A stretch of DNA of 63,008 bases, filler included, from Folioceros fuciformis (Eukaryota): NCBI GenBank assembly GCA_049999805.1. It is 5 parts of 5 records of this genome, joined end to end, with 100 filler letters (N's around TTAATTAATTAA, not from the genome) between each part and the next. Parts side by side here need not be neighbours in the genome. Positions count along the whole stretch, not along the records: positions 60,645 to 63,008 come from JBNGIO010006058.1; 4 more parts are not named here. One strand, given 5' to 3'. The notes beneath the pieces were generated by a model. That model was not told the origin of the DNA. It saw nothing but the letters and a program-made list of their open reading frames with translations, and ran no database searches. A program made the position numbers and the translations under genes. How positions within the stretch are numbered: position 1 is the first letter of the stretch; the number at the start of each line of letters is the position of its first letter. Of the stretch, positions 61,592 to 63,008 are shown in pieces.

Positions 61592-63008
61592 GTTTCTTGG
61601 GCCGTGAACTGTCATAACTCTTCTCCTTCCCGGAGAAGCTTTGTTAAAACCGTGTGCCTGTTGAGATTTCTACCCTATTTTGTGCTTTACATATACATCC
61701 TTTTTTGTCTCCTCCAGATTTTACTAAGGTTTGTCTAAGCGTGCAGTTTCAAATTCCTTCTACTTCCTCATGGCTCGAACCAAGGTTACCCCTCGCAGGG
61801 GCGTCAATCAACGCCGTGTTCTCTCTTTGGAAGAAGAAGGTCGTCAAGCGGCCACTAGAGCTGGGCTTACTCGTCCATGGGACCATCGTCCTATCCGTGA
61901 GCGTACCCGCAGTCCCCCTCCTCTGCCTCGTCGCTCTCCCAGACTGCATCCCGGAGAGTCTTCTTCCTCACCAGCTGCTCGTGCTCCTCGGCCTATGGCC
62001 ACCCTGGAAAGCTTGTCGGATTTGATTGATGATTTGCGTTCCTCTCTCCGCGATGGTATTATGGTGACAGATTGGAGAGTCAATTGCATGATCGATTACA
62101 TCTCTGAGATGAACTGCTCTTTGATCCGCTGTCACACTGCAATAAACAAGCTTGCTCAGGAAGTCAATAACTTGCAGAGTTATCCTCCTGGGTTTCCTCG
62201 CAAGGACGCTACTGCATCACAACATGAGGACCCGCCTCCGAAGGCTGAAACCAGCAAGAGGGCTGCCACTCGCCCGCATACCGCTCCTCCAAAGGAGTAA
62301 ATGGAGGTACAAGTCTAGGCTGAAAGACTTTAAACATTAAGCGCTGCATGGGAGGCAACCCATTTCAACCGTATCTGTGGAGGAGCCATCAAACGCAGAT
62401 TTGCTTTCTTGAACTCTTCCTTCTATTTTATTTTCATGAATTTTAAGTTGTTTTAGGTTTCGTTGTGTTAACTTTCTCTTCTATGCTTGATTTATGCTTT
62501 GCATGCTTTATATTTGTTATACATTGAGGACAATGCATGAATTAAGTATGGGGGACGGATTATTGCTTTATTGTGTTTTTAGTAGTTAGTATATATAAAA
62601 AATAAAAAAAATAAAAAAAAAGATGGGTAATGAAGGCCTGTGTTTTTTTTGTGTTTTTAATTGATGTTGTGATACACTAAGGTATATTGGATTAAACATA
62701 GTCTTGAAAAAGGGTAGCTGTTTCAGTCCCATTGCACATCGAGACTCCCTGTTCCCGTACCTAAGTGTTGAAATTAAATTAAATTGTAAAAAAAAAAAAA
62801 AATGTTGGTTTTAGAGTGTTTTTGTGTGTTTGAGTCTTAGGATGCTCCTAACGTCTAGGATGAACATGTCTCCGAATTCATGGCTGAAGGTTTTCACAAT
62901 CAAAATAGGACTTAATTGAATTCTGTGGTTAATCGACATTGTGATGCTTGTATGAAGATTTGAGATAGGATTGTAACTTGGTTCATTAAGCATGCTAGGA
63001 TTAAGTCT
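61592..63008 (+). mobile_element. Athila-like Ty3/gypsy 3' internal region
   Basis: gcgctgcatgggaggcaaccca (62341) and acattgaggacaatgca..aagtatggggg (62521) resemble conserved Athila 3' non-coding motifs; AT-rich. Confidence 0.65.
61770..62300 (+). CDS. TE-associated hypothetical protein (176 aa; basic N-terminus, coiled-coil segment)
   Basis: Open frame from ATG 61770 ending just before Athila-like non-coding motifs; no recognised domain. Confidence 0.5.
   Translation: MARTKVTPRRGVNQRRVLSLEEEGRQAATRAGLTRPWDHRPIRERTRSPPPLPRRSPRLHPGESSSSPAARAPRPMATLESLSDLIDDLRSSLRDGIMVTDWRVNCMIDYISEMNCSLIRCHTAINKLAQEVNNLQSYPPGFPRKDATASQHEDPPPKAETSKRAATRPHTAPPKE

Noticed and set aside
54806-61810. Functional link between the PHD finger and the ARTK-starting ORF
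   Set aside because: They lie on different scaffolds, probably from different organisms.

Overview
Eukaryotic plant nuclear DNA, assembled from five separate scaffolds joined by artificial N44-TTAATTAATTAA-N44 spacers (18226, 42134, 51804, 60589), so adjacency across those points has no biological meaning. Scaffold 1 (1-18181) is gene-dense with short introns and looks like a non-seed land plant (hornwort/lycophyte-like; inference). It holds a class I diterpene synthase, a PLS-E+ PPR gene, an uncharacterised probable thylakoid protein, an intronless metaxin and an ABCA transporter. Scaffolds 2-3 are nests of decayed Ty1/copia and Ty3/gypsy elements. They include a full-length copia with non-canonical TA..TA LTR ends, two solo LTRs with TSDs, and a mosaic of intronless host-gene fragments fused to a copia pol. 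Scaffold 4 carries the most striking feature: an uninterrupted 1092-codon Ty3/gypsy ORF ordered protease end - DNMT3-like cytosine methyltransferase - integrase - PHD finger, with no RT/RNase H, followed by a PPT and a 3' LTR that recurs identically at the window start. Scaffold 4 also has a truncated GID4 gene and a GH3 gene. Scaffold 5 looks angiosperm-derived: an intronless WUSCHEL copy beside Athila-like sequence. All calls come from motif recognition by eye; no searches were run.
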